A stretch of DNA of 64,000 nucleotides. Source: Alphaproteobacteria bacterium (lineage in GTDB: Bacteria > Pseudomonadota > Alphaproteobacteria > UBA2966). Of this stretch, positions 1 through 10,181 are shown piece by piece. The stretch covers positions 1,088,001 through 1,152,000 of the forward strand of contig OZ219858.1 of assembly GCA_964291395.2 (NCBI GenBank), read 5' to 3'. The notes under the pieces are model-generated. The model saw only the letters and a program-made list of their open reading frames with translations, made no database searches and was not told the origin of the DNA. Position 1 is the stretch's first letter. The number at the start of each line of letters is the position of its first letter. The position numbers and the translations under genes are program-made.

Positions 1-712
1 CCGGTTCGGGGAACTCGATGGCGCCCCTATCGGTGCGATACCCGGCGGAAAGGTGTCCACGCGGGAATACAACGAGATCACGGTGATCTCGAACGTGGTG
101 GAGAACGGCCGTCCCATCGGGGGCTTGGGGAACGCCGAGTCCGATTGGCACACGGACATGAGTTCCTACGAAAAACCACCGGCGGCGTCGATGCTCTATT
201 CCCTGGAAATCCCGCCCACGGGGGGCGATACGAGCTTCTGCAACATGTACCGCGCTTACGAGGTGTTGCCGGAAGACATAAAGGCGCGCGTGCAAGACTT
301 GAAGGCCGTCCACGACGCGACCCTGACGTCGGCGGGCGGTCTCCGGCACGGATTTGAACCGGTTACCGACGTGACGAAAACGCCCGGCGCGCGTCACCCG
401 ATCCTGCGCACGCATCCCGTAACCGGGCGGACGGCGCTGTTCCTGGGACGGCGCACCAACGCCTACGTTCCCGGACTTTCGGTGAAGGAGAGCGAAGAGC
501 TTCTGGATACGCTGTGGGCCTGCGCCACGGCACCGGAGAACATCTGGACGCATACCTGGAAAGTCGGAGATCTGGTCATGTGGGACAACCGGTGCGCCAT
601 GCACCGCCGCGATGAGTTCGACGACTCGTCCCGCCGGATCATGCACCGCACACAACTCAAGGGGGATCACCCGTACTATGCGGCCGCCGAGGCGGCTCCG
701 ACGGCGGCGTGA
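1..712 (+). CDS. TauD/TfdA-family 2-oxoglutarate/Fe(II) dioxygenase (5'-partial)
   Basis: WHTD (HxD), GGDTSF, HPILRTHPVTGR and WDNRCAMHRR motifs. Frame is open from position 2, so the gene starts before the window. Confidence 0.9.
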   Translation, partial: RFGELDGAPIGAIPGGKVSTREYNEITVISNVVENGRPIGGLGNAESDWHTDMSSYEKPPAASMLYSLEIPPTGGDTSFCNMYRAYEVLPEDIKARVQDLKAVHDATLTSAGGLRHGFEPVTDVTKTPGARHPILRTHPVTGRTALFLGRRTNAYVPGLSVKESEELLDTLWACATAPENIWTHTWKVGDLVMWDNRCAMHRRDEFDDSSRRIMHRTQLKGDHPYYAAAEAAPTAA

Positions 713-739
713 CGACGCCTTTCGTGGCCACGCGGTCCC

Positions 740-768
740 TGGACAGCTTGGGGTGAATTCCCTATAAC
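740..768 (+). promoter_or_regulatory. sigma70-type promoter of tRNA-Phe
   Basis: TGGACA (740-745), 17 bp spacer, TATAAC (763-768), followed by a GC-rich discriminator upstream of the tRNA. Confidence 0.7.
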
Positions 769-809
769 CCGGCCTCGCTCGCCACCCCGCCCGGCAGCGG
801 GCGAGTCGT

Positions 810-885
810 GCCCAGGTAGCTCAGTTGGTAGAGCAGTGGACTGAAAATCCTCGTGTCGGTGGTTCAACTCCGCCCCTGGGCACCA
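810..885 (+). tRNA. tRNA-Phe (GAA)
   Basis: 76 nt: GCCCAGG/CCTGGGC acceptor stem, D-arm AGCTCAGTTGGTAGAGC, anticodon loop CTGAAAA, T-loop GGTTCAACTCC, encoded CCA. Confidence 0.97.
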
Positions 886-939
886 TCTCCCTCAGGGTCG
901 TGACTCGCCGATCATCCCGCTACCTCGACAGGCATCGCG

Positions 940-2562
940 ATGTCTGAAGGCCAATTCGACTACATCGTGGTCGGGGCGGGCTCGGCCGGGGCCGCGCTGG
1001 CGGAACGCCTGACCGCCAGCGGGCGGCACAAGGTGCTGCTGCTCGAAGCGGGAAGCGAGGACAAGAACCGCTGGCTGCGCATTCCGCTCGGCATCGGCAA
1101 GCTGATCACCGGCAGCGAGTACGTCTGGCCGTTTTCGACGGAGCCCGAGCCCGAACTGAAGGGGCAGCGGATCTATTGGCCGCGCGGCAAGGTTCTGGGC
1201 GGCTCGAGCAGCGTCAACGGCATGGTGTTCGTGCGGGGCGACGCGGAGCAATACGACCGCTGGCGCGATGCGGGATGTCCCGGTTGGGGCTACGACGACG
1301 TGCTGCCCTACTTCAAACGCCTCGAGGACCGGCTCGGCGGCGACCCCGCCTACCGGGGGTCGGGAGGGCCCGTCAGCGTCATCGACATCCCCTACAGGGA
1401 TCGGTTGAACGAGGCGTTCTATCAGGCGTGCGTACAGCAAGGCATACCCGAGAATCCCGATTACAACGGTGCGACGTACCCCGGCGTTTCCTATCTTCAA
1501 CTGTCGATCCGGAACGGACGGCGCTGCAGCACCGCCGTCGCCTATCTGCACCCGGCGCGCGGCCGGTCCAATCTGCACGTGGTGACGGACGCCCAGGCCA
1601 GCGGGATCGTCATCGAGGGGAACCGGGCGACGGGCGTGCGCTACCGCACCGCCGACGGGGACTCTCATCGGGCCAGGGCGGACAGCGAGGTCATACTGTG
1701 CGCCGGTCCCATCATGTCACCACAGATTCTGGAGCTGTCGGGAATCGGAAACCCTGAAATCCTTCGGAACGCCGGGATCCGGCCGGTCGCGAATCTGCCC
1801 GGGGTCGGCGAGAATCTACAGGATCACCTGCAGGTGCGGATCAGCTATCACTGCACTCTGCCGATCACGATCAACGACCTGCTCAACAGCCGATGGCGCG
1901 GCCTGCGCGCCGGCCTGCAATACACGCTGCTGCGCAAGGGACTGCTGGCCACGCCTTCCGTCTCGGTACACGCGATCACCGCGGAAGCGGGGGACGACGC
2001 AAAACCCACCCTCAAAATGCAGCTTGCGCACGTGAGCGGCGCGGACCGGTACGCGATCACCGGCGGGTCGGGCGTCGATCCGCACCCGGGCTTCACCATC
2101 GGTACGTTCAATCTTCATCCCGAATCCCGGGGTACCGTCCACATCACGTCGGGCGATCCTCTGGCCGCGCCCGAGATCCGTGCCGGCTACTTGTCGACGG
2201 AGCGGGATCTGGCTCTGAGCCTTGCCGCCCTGAAGCTCACGCGGAAGATCGCCGCGCAGCCCGCCTTGCGGAAGGTTATCGTCAGGGAAGTGCTGCCCGG
2301 TGTCGAGGCGGCGACCGACGACGATCTGATCGACTACATCCGCTCCGCCGGCCAAACCAGTTGGCACCCGATCGGTACCTGCAAGATGGGCACGGATTCC
2401 GCAGCGGTGGTCGACCACGAGCTCAAGGTGCACGGCATCGTCGGCTTGCGCGTGGCGGATTCGTCGGTATTTCCCTTTATGACCTCGTCGAATACCAACG
2501 CCCCGTCGATCATGATGGGCGAGCGCTGTGCCGACCTGCTGACAGGCAAGACGGCTACGTAG
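940..2562 (+). CDS. GMC-family FAD oxidoreductase (choline dehydrogenase-like)
   Basis: DYIVVGAGSAG, RGKVLGGSSSVNGM, GENLQDH, WHPIGTCKMG, SSNTNAP. Confidence 0.93.
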   Translation: MSEGQFDYIVVGAGSAGAALAERLTASGRHKVLLLEAGSEDKNRWLRIPLGIGKLITGSEYVWPFSTEPEPELKGQRIYWPRGKVLGGSSSVNGMVFVRGDAEQYDRWRDAGCPGWGYDDVLPYFKRLEDRLGGDPAYRGSGGPVSVIDIPYRDRLNEAFYQACVQQGIPENPDYNGATYPGVSYLQLSIRNGRRCSTAVAYLHPARGRSNLHVVTDAQASGIVIEGNRATGVRYRTADGDSHRARADSEVILCAGPIMSPQILELSGIGNPEILRNAGIRPVANLPGVGENLQDHLQVRISYHCTLPITINDLLNSRWRGLRAGLQYTLLRKGLLATPSVSVHAITAEAGDDAKPTLKMQLAHVSGADRYAITGGSGVDPHPGFTIGTFNLHPESRGTVHITSGDPLAAPEIRAGYLSTERDLALSLAALKLTRKIAAQPALRKVIVREVLPGVEAATDDDLIDYIRSAGQTSWHPIGTCKMGTDSAAVVDHELKVHGIVGLRVADSSVFPFMTSSNTNAPSIMMGERCADLLTGKTAT

Positions 2563-2613
2563 GCACAAGTCGACCCGAAGTCCGGCCCCTCGTCCGCCCG
2601 GCTGCGCCGGAAG

Positions 2614-4719
2614 CTATGCCGAGGCGAGAGCCGCTTCGCTTCGGCGCAGCAGCTCGACTTCGACCCGGTTGTCGTGGAACACGGCACCGCCGGCCATGTC
2701 GGAGTCGCGCTCGGCCACCGTCAGGTTGAGGTTGGCCTTCTCACCGATGATCTTGGGCCAATAGCCCTTGGTGCTGGCCGCGATTCCCGGTTGCACGACG
2801 TCGCTGACGACGATTTCAGCCTCGAACGTTCCGCGATCGTTGAAGATACATGCCACATCTCCTTCGACGATGCCGCGGACGGCGGCATCTTCCGGGTTCA
2901 AGGTCACGCGGCGCGGGCCGGCGCGCTTCAGCATCTCCGGCATGTTGCCGAAGTTCGTGTTGAGGAAGTAATGGGATGCGGGAGCGACGAGCGCCAGGGG
3001 ATACCGTCCTGCCAGGTCCTCATCGGTGACTTCTCCCGGCGGCGTAAATCCGGGCATCGGATCGAGGCCCTTGGCCGCGGCCCTGGGGGAGTTGAATTCG
3101 AGCTTTCCCGAGTCCGTCGGGAAACCCTCGGCGAAGGGCAGGTAGGGTCGCGGCAGGTTGAGCCGAATCCAGCCCTTTTCCTTCAGCGCTTCCAACGTGA
3201 TGCCGTCGAGCGCCGGGTGATCGGAATCGAGGACGGCCCGCGCCAGGTCGTCGTCACTGTCATACAGGCAGGGCTCGTTGAGGCCCATCGCCCGCGCCAG
3301 CCGCCGGAAGATCTCCGAGTGCGGCAGGCACTCGCCCGGCGGCGCGACCGCAGGCTCGTTCCATTGCAGGTACATGTGGCCGAAAGCGTTGTGGATATCG
3401 GCGTGCTCGGTCTGCATGGTCGAGGGCAGCACGACGTCGGCGTAGTCGACGGTGTCGGTGGGGAAGTTCTCGATGACGACCGTGAACAAGTCGTCGCGCG
3501 CGAGTCCGCGCCGCAGCGTCCCCTGCTGCGGAGAGCTCGCCGCCGGATTGGCACCGTACAGGATCAACGCGTCGATCGGAGGATCGTCGAACTCGAGCAG
3601 GATTTCGCCCATGCGGGTGGTAGTCAGCTCGCGCGTCGTGGGGCGGTCCAAGTCCCCCTGACGGCATTTGGCGAAGTTGCCGGGGAACGCCGCGCCGGTC
3701 GAATAGATGGCCCCGCCGCCGGGCAACCGCCAATCTCCGGTCACCGCCGGGATCGCGTTGATAGTGCGGATGGCCATGCCGCCGCCGGAGTGGCGCTGCA
3801 TGCCCATGGACGACCGGATGGCGGTGGGCCGCGTCGTCCCGATGCGCCGGCCCAGGGCGATGATGGTGTCGACGGGAACCCTGGTGATCTCCGAGACCCG
3901 CTCCGGCGGATACTGGAGGATGCGTTCGCGGAATGCGGGCCAGTCCCTGGTGTGCCGATCCAGATAGTCGTTGTCTTCGGCGCCCATGCCGACGACGACG
4001 TTGAGAAGCCCGAGAGCGAGCGCCGCGTCCGTGCCGGGCAGGATGGGGATGTGCTCGTCGGCCCGGGCAGCGGACCGCGTGCGGATGGGATCGATGGCGA
4101 CGAGATGGGCGCCCCTGCGGCGCGCTTCGGAAATGAAGCGCCAGGCGTGGTTGCCCGTGGACAGAGGGTTGTACCCCCACATGACGATGAGCTTCGCGTG
4201 AGACAGGTCTTCCGGGTCCATGCCGGTGGCCTGACCCAGAGTCGTCAGCGTGCCGGCGACGCCGGCGACGGAGCAGATGGTGACCCGGTGCTGCGACGCG
4301 CCGAGCGCGTTCCACAGGCGAAAACCGGACCCCCACATGCCCTGAAGAACGCCCATGTGCCCAGTGCCGAAGCAGGGCCAGATGGCCTCGCCGCCGTGGG
4401 TCGCGATGACGTCCTTGAGGCGCGTGCCGATCTCGTCGAGGGCCTCGTCCCAGCCGATCCGCTCGAACTCGCCGGCGCCCTTCCTGCCGACGCGCCGCAG
4501 CGGGTGCAGCAGACGGTCCGGCGCCCGCGTGTGCTCGAGGTAGCGATTCACCTTGACGCAGAGGTTGCCCCGGGTGAACGGGTGATCACGCGCGCCGCGC
4601 AGGTCCACCGCCCGGCCATTCTCGACCGTCACGTCCCAACTGCAGGTGTCGGGGCAGTCGAGAGGGCAGGCCCCGCGCACGATGCGCCGGCTTTTCGCGT
4701 GCTGACCGTTTGTCGCCAT
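2614..4719 (-). CDS. Molybdopterin (bis-MGD) oxidoreductase with N-terminal 4Fe-4S cluster
   Basis: CPLDCPDTC...GNLCVK, RLLHPLRR, TICSVAG (likely Cys ligand), C-terminal NPEDAAVRGI molybdopterin-binding domain. No Tat signal seen. Confidence 0.9.
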   Translation of the reverse strand: MATNGQHAKSRRIVRGACPLDCPDTCSWDVTVENGRAVDLRGARDHPFTRGNLCVKVNRYLEHTRAPDRLLHPLRRVGRKGAGEFERIGWDEALDEIGTRLKDVIATHGGEAIWPCFGTGHMGVLQGMWGSGFRLWNALGASQHRVTICSVAGVAGTLTTLGQATGMDPEDLSHAKLIVMWGYNPLSTGNHAWRFISEARRRGAHLVAIDPIRTRSAARADEHIPILPGTDAALALGLLNVVVGMGAEDNDYLDRHTRDWPAFRERILQYPPERVSEITRVPVDTIIALGRRIGTTRPTAIRSSMGMQRHSGGGMAIRTINAIPAVTGDWRLPGGGAIYSTGAAFPGNFAKCRQGDLDRPTTRELTTTRMGEILLEFDDPPIDALILYGANPAASSPQQGTLRRGLARDDLFTVVIENFPTDTVDYADVVLPSTMQTEHADIHNAFGHMYLQWNEPAVAPPGECLPHSEIFRRLARAMGLNEPCLYDSDDDLARAVLDSDHPALDGITLEALKEKGWIRLNLPRPYLPFAEGFPTDSGKLEFNSPRAAAKGLDPMPGFTPPGEVTDEDLAGRYPLALVAPASHYFLNTNFGNMPEMLKRAGPRRVTLNPEDAAVRGIVEGDVACIFNDRGTFEAEIVVSDVVQPGIAASTKGYWPKIIGEKANLNLTVAERDSDMAGGAVFHDNRVEVELLRRSEAALASA

Positions 4720-4877
4720 TCCTCGCCCTCCGGGGATACAATGCGCCGTGACACCCGACCGGCCCGCGCGGGCCGGTCGCTCGGATCATGTTAACGGATG
4801 GGATCGTTCGATGCATGTCGCGCGCCGAGCGTCCCCATACCGGGATCGGATATCGCTCATAAACCGCGGAGACCAGC

Positions 4878-5891
4878 GTGTCCCACGATCATTACCCCCG
4901 CCTGCGCTTTGCCCGGACGCCGACGCCGCTCGAACCGATGCCCAACCTGACGAAGCTGCTGGGCGGCCCCAATCTGTACGTCAAACGGGACGATCTCACG
5001 GGCCTCGCGTTCGGCGGCAACAAGGTCCGGCAGCTGGAATACTGGTTCGGAGACATCGCCGAGAAAGGTGCCGACACGGTTATCACCACCGGAGCGACGC
5101 AGTCGAACCACGCGCGCGTGACCGCCGCCATGGCGAGCAAACTCGGACTCAAATGCGAGGTGCAGCACGAGAAACGGGTGCCCGATAGGGACGACGCCTA
5201 CTACGAATCGGGCAACGTGCTCTTGCTGAAGCTGATGGGCGCGCGGTTGCACGACTACCCCGTCGGCGAAGACGAGCACGGCGCGGATGCCGCCCTGGAA
5301 GAGATCGCCGATCGCGTCCGCTCGGAAGGCGGCGAACCTTATGTCATCCCCTTGGCGCCCGTGCATCCCCCGCTCGGCGCCCTGGGTTACGTGGACATGA
5401 TCGACGAGCTCCTCGAACAGGCGCAGGAGCAGGACCTGAGGATCGACGCGATCGTGACGCCGACCGGCAGTGCATCCACCCACGGCGGCATCCTCGTCGG
5501 CCTGCGCTCACGGGGAAACGGTATTCCGGTCTATGGCATCTGCGTCCGCCGCGGCGCCGGAGCCCAACGCGAGCGGGTTCTGGACCGTGCGCGGGCGGCC
5601 GCGGGCCTCCTCGGCCGACAGGATCTCATCGAGGAGGACGACATAAATGTCGACGACACCTATCTGGGTCCCGGTTACGGCCTTCCCGACGAGAAGCTGA
5701 TGGAAGGCATCCGGCTCGCGGCGGGATGCGAGGCGCTGATCGTGGATCCGGTCTACAGCGGCAAGACCTTCGGCGGACTGATCGGGCTCGTGCGCGAGGG
5801 CGCATTCGGGAAAGAAGAGAACGTCGTTTTCGTCCATACCGGCGGAACACCGGCGCTGTTCGCCTACACGGGTATATTCAAAGATCTTTGA
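4878..5891 (+). CDS. PLP-dependent D-cysteine desulfhydrase / cysteate sulfo-lyase family protein
   Basis: KRDDLTGLAFGGNKVR (PLP Lys), QSNHAR, DPVYSGK, HTGG. Lacks the Glu/Leu signature of true ACC deaminases. Confidence 0.88.
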   Translation: MSHDHYPRLRFARTPTPLEPMPNLTKLLGGPNLYVKRDDLTGLAFGGNKVRQLEYWFGDIAEKGADTVITTGATQSNHARVTAAMASKLGLKCEVQHEKRVPDRDDAYYESGNVLLLKLMGARLHDYPVGEDEHGADAALEEIADRVRSEGGEPYVIPLAPVHPPLGALGYVDMIDELLEQAQEQDLRIDAIVTPTGSASTHGGILVGLRSRGNGIPVYGICVRRGAGAQRERVLDRARAAAGLLGRQDLIEEDDINVDDTYLGPGYGLPDEKLMEGIRLAAGCEALIVDPVYSGKTFGGLIGLVREGAFGKEENVVFVHTGGTPALFAYTGIFKDL

Positions 5892-5924
5892 ACCCGGTCA
5901 TCTCGCGCCGAGCGGAGCAGATCG

Positions 5925-6485
5925 ATGGAACACGTAGCATTTCGCGCCATGAAGGATGGCACCCGGGAGGAATACGATTTTCTCGGCGGTCTGGAAGAGG
6001 AGTGGGCCGGAGGCCACGCCGGTCGCGTCCTGGCGGCGATGACCCTGCTCGACGGCTCCATGGGGGGCTACCAGGTCAGCCGGCTGACCCATTGCCTGCA
6101 GACGGCGACCCGGGCCGAGCGGGACAACGCCGACGACGAGATGGTTTTCGCGGCGCTCATACACGACATCGGCGACGTCTTGGCGCCCCGGAATCATGCC
6201 GCGATCGCCGTCGAGATCATGCGTCCCTACGTGCGGGAAGAAGTGACCTGGGTCACCGAAAAGCACGGGATCTTCCAGGACTACTACTACGGGCACTTCG
6301 TCGGTCGCGACAGGAACGCGCGCGAGAAATACCGTGGTCACAGGTGGTTCGAGTCCTGCGCCAATTTCTGCGAACACTGGGACCAGGCGGCATTCGATCC
6401 CGATTACGACAGCCGTCCGCTCGAGCACTACGCACCGCTGGTCGAGGACATCCTGTCTCGGCCGGCGTGGCGGGAGACGGGGTGA
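5925..6485 (+). CDS. HD-domain metalloprotein
   Basis: HCLQTATRA, ALIHDIGD, NHAA, KHGIFQ, WDQAAFDP. Confidence 0.85.
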   Translation: MEHVAFRAMKDGTREEYDFLGGLEEEWAGGHAGRVLAAMTLLDGSMGGYQVSRLTHCLQTATRAERDNADDEMVFAALIHDIGDVLAPRNHAAIAVEIMRPYVREEVTWVTEKHGIFQDYYYGHFVGRDRNAREKYRGHRWFESCANFCEHWDQAAFDPDYDSRPLEHYAPLVEDILSRPAWRETG

Positions 6486-6504
6486 GGCTCCCGACCTTCC
6501 CCCT

Positions 6505-7182
6505 TCAAACCACGTCCAGCAACCCCCGCAGATCCGGACCCTCGAAGTCGGCGGCGAACTCGGGCAGCAGCACCCGGTCGCCGGTCCGGTTGTTCCAGTA
6601 GCAGGCGACGCCCGCCGATTTCGCGCCGATCACGTCGTTGGCGCTGCCGGCGACATGCAGATAGCCCTCGCGCGCGATGCCGAGCGCGTCGACCGGCAGG
6701 TCGTAGACCTCCGGAGCGGGCTTGTAGACGCCCGAGTCTTCCGTCGAAAAGACGTGATCCAGTTCGACGGTCAGTTCACCGGCGATGCCTTCGAGCATGA
6801 CGCGGTCGCCGTTCGACAGGATCGCCAGCTCGCAGCCCCGCGACTTGAGTTCGCCCAATACCTCGGCGGCCTCCGGCCATGACCGGAGCGGATACCAGGC
6901 GGCGATCAATTCGTCCCGCTGGCCGGCCGAGACGGCGACTTCATGCCGCCCCGCCGCGTAGTCGAGAGCCAGCGCGGTACAGTCATGGAAGCTCATGCGT
7001 CCCCGCTTCAGGGCGTTCGACAGCGCGGCGGCGGCGAGTTGGTTGGCCCGCCACGTGGTCAGGAAAAGCTCCGCGACATCCGCGGGCGGCGCCAGGATTC
7101 GCTCGATGACGGGCACCAGCGTCGCGCGGAAATCGGCCAGGCCCGTGTAGGCGTCGAAGGTGACCAGTCGGTAGTTCGCCAT
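6505..7182 (-). CDS. HAD-superfamily hydrolase (haloacid dehalogenase type II-like)
   Basis: FDAYTGL motif I, LSNG, YKPAPEVY, NDVIGAK. Confidence 0.85.
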   Translation of the reverse strand: MANYRLVTFDAYTGLADFRATLVPVIERILAPPADVAELFLTTWRANQLAAAALSNALKRGRMSFHDCTALALDYAAGRHEVAVSAGQRDELIAAWYPLRSWPEAAEVLGELKSRGCELAILSNGDRVMLEGIAGELTVELDHVFSTEDSGVYKPAPEVYDLPVDALGIAREGYLHVAGSANDVIGAKSAGVACYWNNRTGDRVLLPEFAADFEGPDLRGLLDVV

Positions 7183-7300
7183 GCGACGGTACTCCTTTCG
7201 ATCTGCGGCGCCCGAGGTCTGGGATTCCCGGCCCAGTCTAGCCTATAAGGTCCGGTATGATCGTTGTTGCGGGAGTTCCATCCGCGATGAGGAACCTGTG

Positions 7301-7921
7301 ATGTTCGAGGAACGGGAATTCGGTTTCGCGGCGGCAATTCGTTCCTGGGCCGCCGCTTGCCTGGTGGTTGCCGCCCTGTGCCTCGGCAGCCTCACGGCGC
7401 AGGCGCAGAGTCGGGAGGAAGTCGGCCAGGCACTCAACGATCTCTTCATCACGATCTACCGAAACTCCGGCGTCATGAACGGGATCTTCGAGAACTGTGC
7501 CTTCGTCCCGGGCGCCGCCGGAGAGTTTTTCAATGCCGTCCACAAACGCTACGTCCGCAACGACACCGTCATCGCCGGCATGATCGTCGCCGTTCACCGC
7601 AAGGTGATGGAGCGGCAAGTGGCTACGGGGGCGGTGGGCCCGGTCGAGCAACTCTCCAAGGATTCCAGAGACCTCGCCTACTCGGAGATCAAGCGGAAAT
7701 TCATCGTCGCGAACGGGAGGCCGGAACTCGAGCGCCGCCTGTGCGACGATTTGATGAAGGAATTCCGGACGGGGAAGTGGGACAACCCGCGGTACGTGGA
7801 GAAATATTTCGAGCTGCTCGCGGATTTCGACCCCCGGATATATGCCGAATTCCATGACATAAAAGGTGTTTTGGATGACCGGCGCTCAGGGCGGCTGAGG
7901 ACTGGTCCGGTAACCAAGTGA
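7301..7921 (+). CDS. Hypothetical secreted protein
   Basis: GAGGA RBS before ATG 7301, signal peptide ending AQA-Q, coding-like codon use, no recognised motif. Confidence 0.6.
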   Translation: MFEEREFGFAAAIRSWAAACLVVAALCLGSLTAQAQSREEVGQALNDLFITIYRNSGVMNGIFENCAFVPGAAGEFFNAVHKRYVRNDTVIAGMIVAVHRKVMERQVATGAVGPVEQLSKDSRDLAYSEIKRKFIVANGRPELERRLCDDLMKEFRTGKWDNPRYVEKYFELLADFDPRIYAEFHDIKGVLDDRRSGRLRTGPVTK

Positions 7922-7962
7922 TTCCGGTCGTGTAAGCGATATCAAGTTGATCCGTCGCTCGA

Positions 7963-7990
7963 TTGACAAGGTGCGCCCTCGGAGTATGCT
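7963..7990 (+). promoter_or_regulatory. sigma70-type promoter of TRAP operon
   Basis: TTGACA (7963-7968), 16 bp spacer, TATGCT (7985-7990). Confidence 0.6.
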
Positions 7991-8088
7991 GAAACCGCGC
8001 ACCGGGCCTGAAGTCTCGGGCCCGGAAGTTCCGCAGTTCATCCTGCCGCGCCGTATTCCGCGGCTGGCGCGGGAACAGGGGGAAGGGC

Positions 8089-8664
8089 ATGAAACCGATA
8101 TTGCAACTCGCGAACGGGTTGGACTGGCTCACCGACCACATCCTCGAGGCCTGCAAATATGCCACCATCGTCGTGGTCGGATCGATCGCCGGCATCATCT
8201 TCATCGGCGTCTTCTGGCGTTATGTCCTCAACGACCCATTGGCGTGGTACGAAGAGACCGCCAAGTATCTCATGCTGTGGCTGGTGTTCGTTGCCTCCCC
8301 CATAGTGCTCAAGCGCACCGGGCACGTGGCCATCGACAACCTTCCAAGAATGATGCCGGAGCGCATCAAGTATTTCATGTACCTGGTCGTGTTCTCGGGC
8401 GTGATCTTCCTGCTCTACGAGATGGCCTATGAGGGCTGGGGGCTCGCCTGGAACGCATGGCCGCAGATGCCGACGTCGATCCCGATCTCGTTCTTCTGGA
8501 TCTATCTTTCCGTGCCGGTCGGTAGCGTGATCATGATCCTGATCCTGGTGGAGCACTGGCTGCTCGCGCTCGCCGGCATCATCGATCCGGAGCAAGGCAG
8601 CGTGCCCGAGTTCGGCGATGCCGAGTTGGTTCATGCCGAAGAAGCGAAATTGTCGGGCGAGTAG
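8089..8664 (+). CDS. dctQ: TRAP transporter small permease
   Basis: 4 TM helices, RYVLNDPLAWYEE and GHVAID motifs. Confidence 0.9.
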   Translation: MKPILQLANGLDWLTDHILEACKYATIVVVGSIAGIIFIGVFWRYVLNDPLAWYEETAKYLMLWLVFVASPIVLKRTGHVAIDNLPRMMPERIKYFMYLVVFSGVIFLLYEMAYEGWGLAWNAWPQMPTSIPISFFWIYLSVPVGSVIMILILVEHWLLALAGIIDPEQGSVPEFGDAELVHAEEAKLSGE

Positions 8665-8744
8665 AATTTCTGGTTGGCCGCACAATCAAAAATCGAACAA
8701 TCTTAGATGAAGAGGCGGGCCCGTTGGGCTGAGCAGGTGAGGCA

Positions 8745-10076
8745 ATGCCGATAACATTCTTCTGGATTTTCCTGGGTTCCATGGCGGTCGGCATGCCGAT
8801 CGTCTTCGCCCTGGCGTTCGCCCCGTTGATGGGGTTCGTGCTCGACGACAAGACGTTGTTCTTCAAGATGCTGCCGCAACGGATCTTCGGCGGCATCAAC
8901 CAGTTCCCGCTGCTCGCCATTCCCCTGTTCGTGCTCGCCGGCGAGATCATGAACACCAGCGGCATCACCGAAAACCTGGTGCGGTTCGCCAGGGTTCTGG
9001 TCGGCCACTTCCGCGCCGGACTGGCCCAGGTGAACATCGTGGCCAGCATGCTGTTCGCCGGCCTCTCGGGTTCGGCGGTCGCCGACACCTCGGCCATCGG
9101 CTCGATCATGATCCCGGCCATGGAGCGCGACGGGTACACCCGCGCGTTTTCCGCCGCCGTGACGGCTGCCTCCTCGGTGATCGGGCCGATCATCCCGCCG
9201 AGCATCATCATGATCATCTACGCCTTCATCATGAAGGTGTCCGTCGCCGGCCTGTTCCTCGCCGGTTTCGTGCCCGGCATCATGATAGGCGTCGGCCTGA
9301 TGGTCCTGACGAAGATCCTGGGCGAACGGCGCAACTATCCAAAAAGCGGCCAGCGCGCGTCGGCCGGAGAAATGTGGAGCGCCTTCAAGGGCGCGTTCTG
9401 GCCGTTGTTGACACCGATCATCATCATCGGCGGCATTCTCTCGGGCGTCTTCACGCCGACCGAGTCCGCGGGCGCGGCCTGCTTTTACGCGCTGGTCCTG
9501 AGCATTTTCTTCATGCGCACGCTGCCGCTCTCGGAACTGCCCCAGTTGTTCCTGCGTACCGGACTGATCGCCTCGACGATTCTGCTCATCGTCGGGACGT
9601 CGTCGGTGTTCGGTTGGGTGGCAACCGTCTCCGGGGTGCCTCAGGCGCTCGGCAAGACCTTGTTCACGATAACCGAGAACCCCATCGCGCTGCTGCTGCT
9701 GATCAACGTCTTGCTGTTGATCACCGGCATGTTCCTCGACGCCGTTCCCGCCATCCTGATCCTCGGCCCGGTCCTGGGCCCGACGCTGTTCCAGCTCGGG
9801 GTCGACCCGCTGCACTTCGCCATCATCATGTGCATCAACGTGACCGTGGGCTTGGCCACGCCGCCGATGGGTCTGATCCTGTTCGTCGCGTCGAGCTTGA
9901 CGCGACTGGGCATCGAGGTCATCGCCAGGCAGCTCCTGCCCTATCTCATGGTGCATTTGACGATGATCCTCCTCGTGACGATGTGGGGAGATATCGCGTT
10001 GACGCTGCCCCGCCTGACCGGGTTCGCGAGAATCCCCGACGGCTGGTGGCTGGCCGACTTCGCGATAGGAGGCTGA
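8745..10076 (+). CDS. dctM: TRAP transporter large permease
   Basis: LLAIPLFVLAGEIM, GLSGSAVAD, IIPPSI, TPTESA, TPPMG. Confidence 0.95.
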   Translation: MPITFFWIFLGSMAVGMPIVFALAFAPLMGFVLDDKTLFFKMLPQRIFGGINQFPLLAIPLFVLAGEIMNTSGITENLVRFARVLVGHFRAGLAQVNIVASMLFAGLSGSAVADTSAIGSIMIPAMERDGYTRAFSAAVTAASSVIGPIIPPSIIMIIYAFIMKVSVAGLFLAGFVPGIMIGVGLMVLTKILGERRNYPKSGQRASAGEMWSAFKGAFWPLLTPIIIIGGILSGVFTPTESAGAACFYALVLSIFFMRTLPLSELPQLFLRTGLIASTILLIVGTSSVFGWVATVSGVPQALGKTLFTITENPIALLLLINVLLLITGMFLDAVPAILILGPVLGPTLFQLGVDPLHFAIIMCINVTVGLATPPMGLILFVASSLTRLGIEVIARQLLPYLMVHLTMILLVTMWGDIALTLPRLTGFARIPDGWWLADFAIGG

Positions 10077-10181
10077 GCAAGTGATTGGGCGGCGTATGAG
10101 CGTCGCTGCCACAGAGGTTGGTACATAGTGGTTTCCGACATCCGCGGATTTCAGAATGGTCAAACAATGGAAGGAACTCGT

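Noticed and set aside
810-885. tRNA-Phe as the integration site of the accessory region
   Set aside because: No duplicated tRNA 3' end was seen by eye in the window, no integrase is adjacent, and the flanking genes look native.
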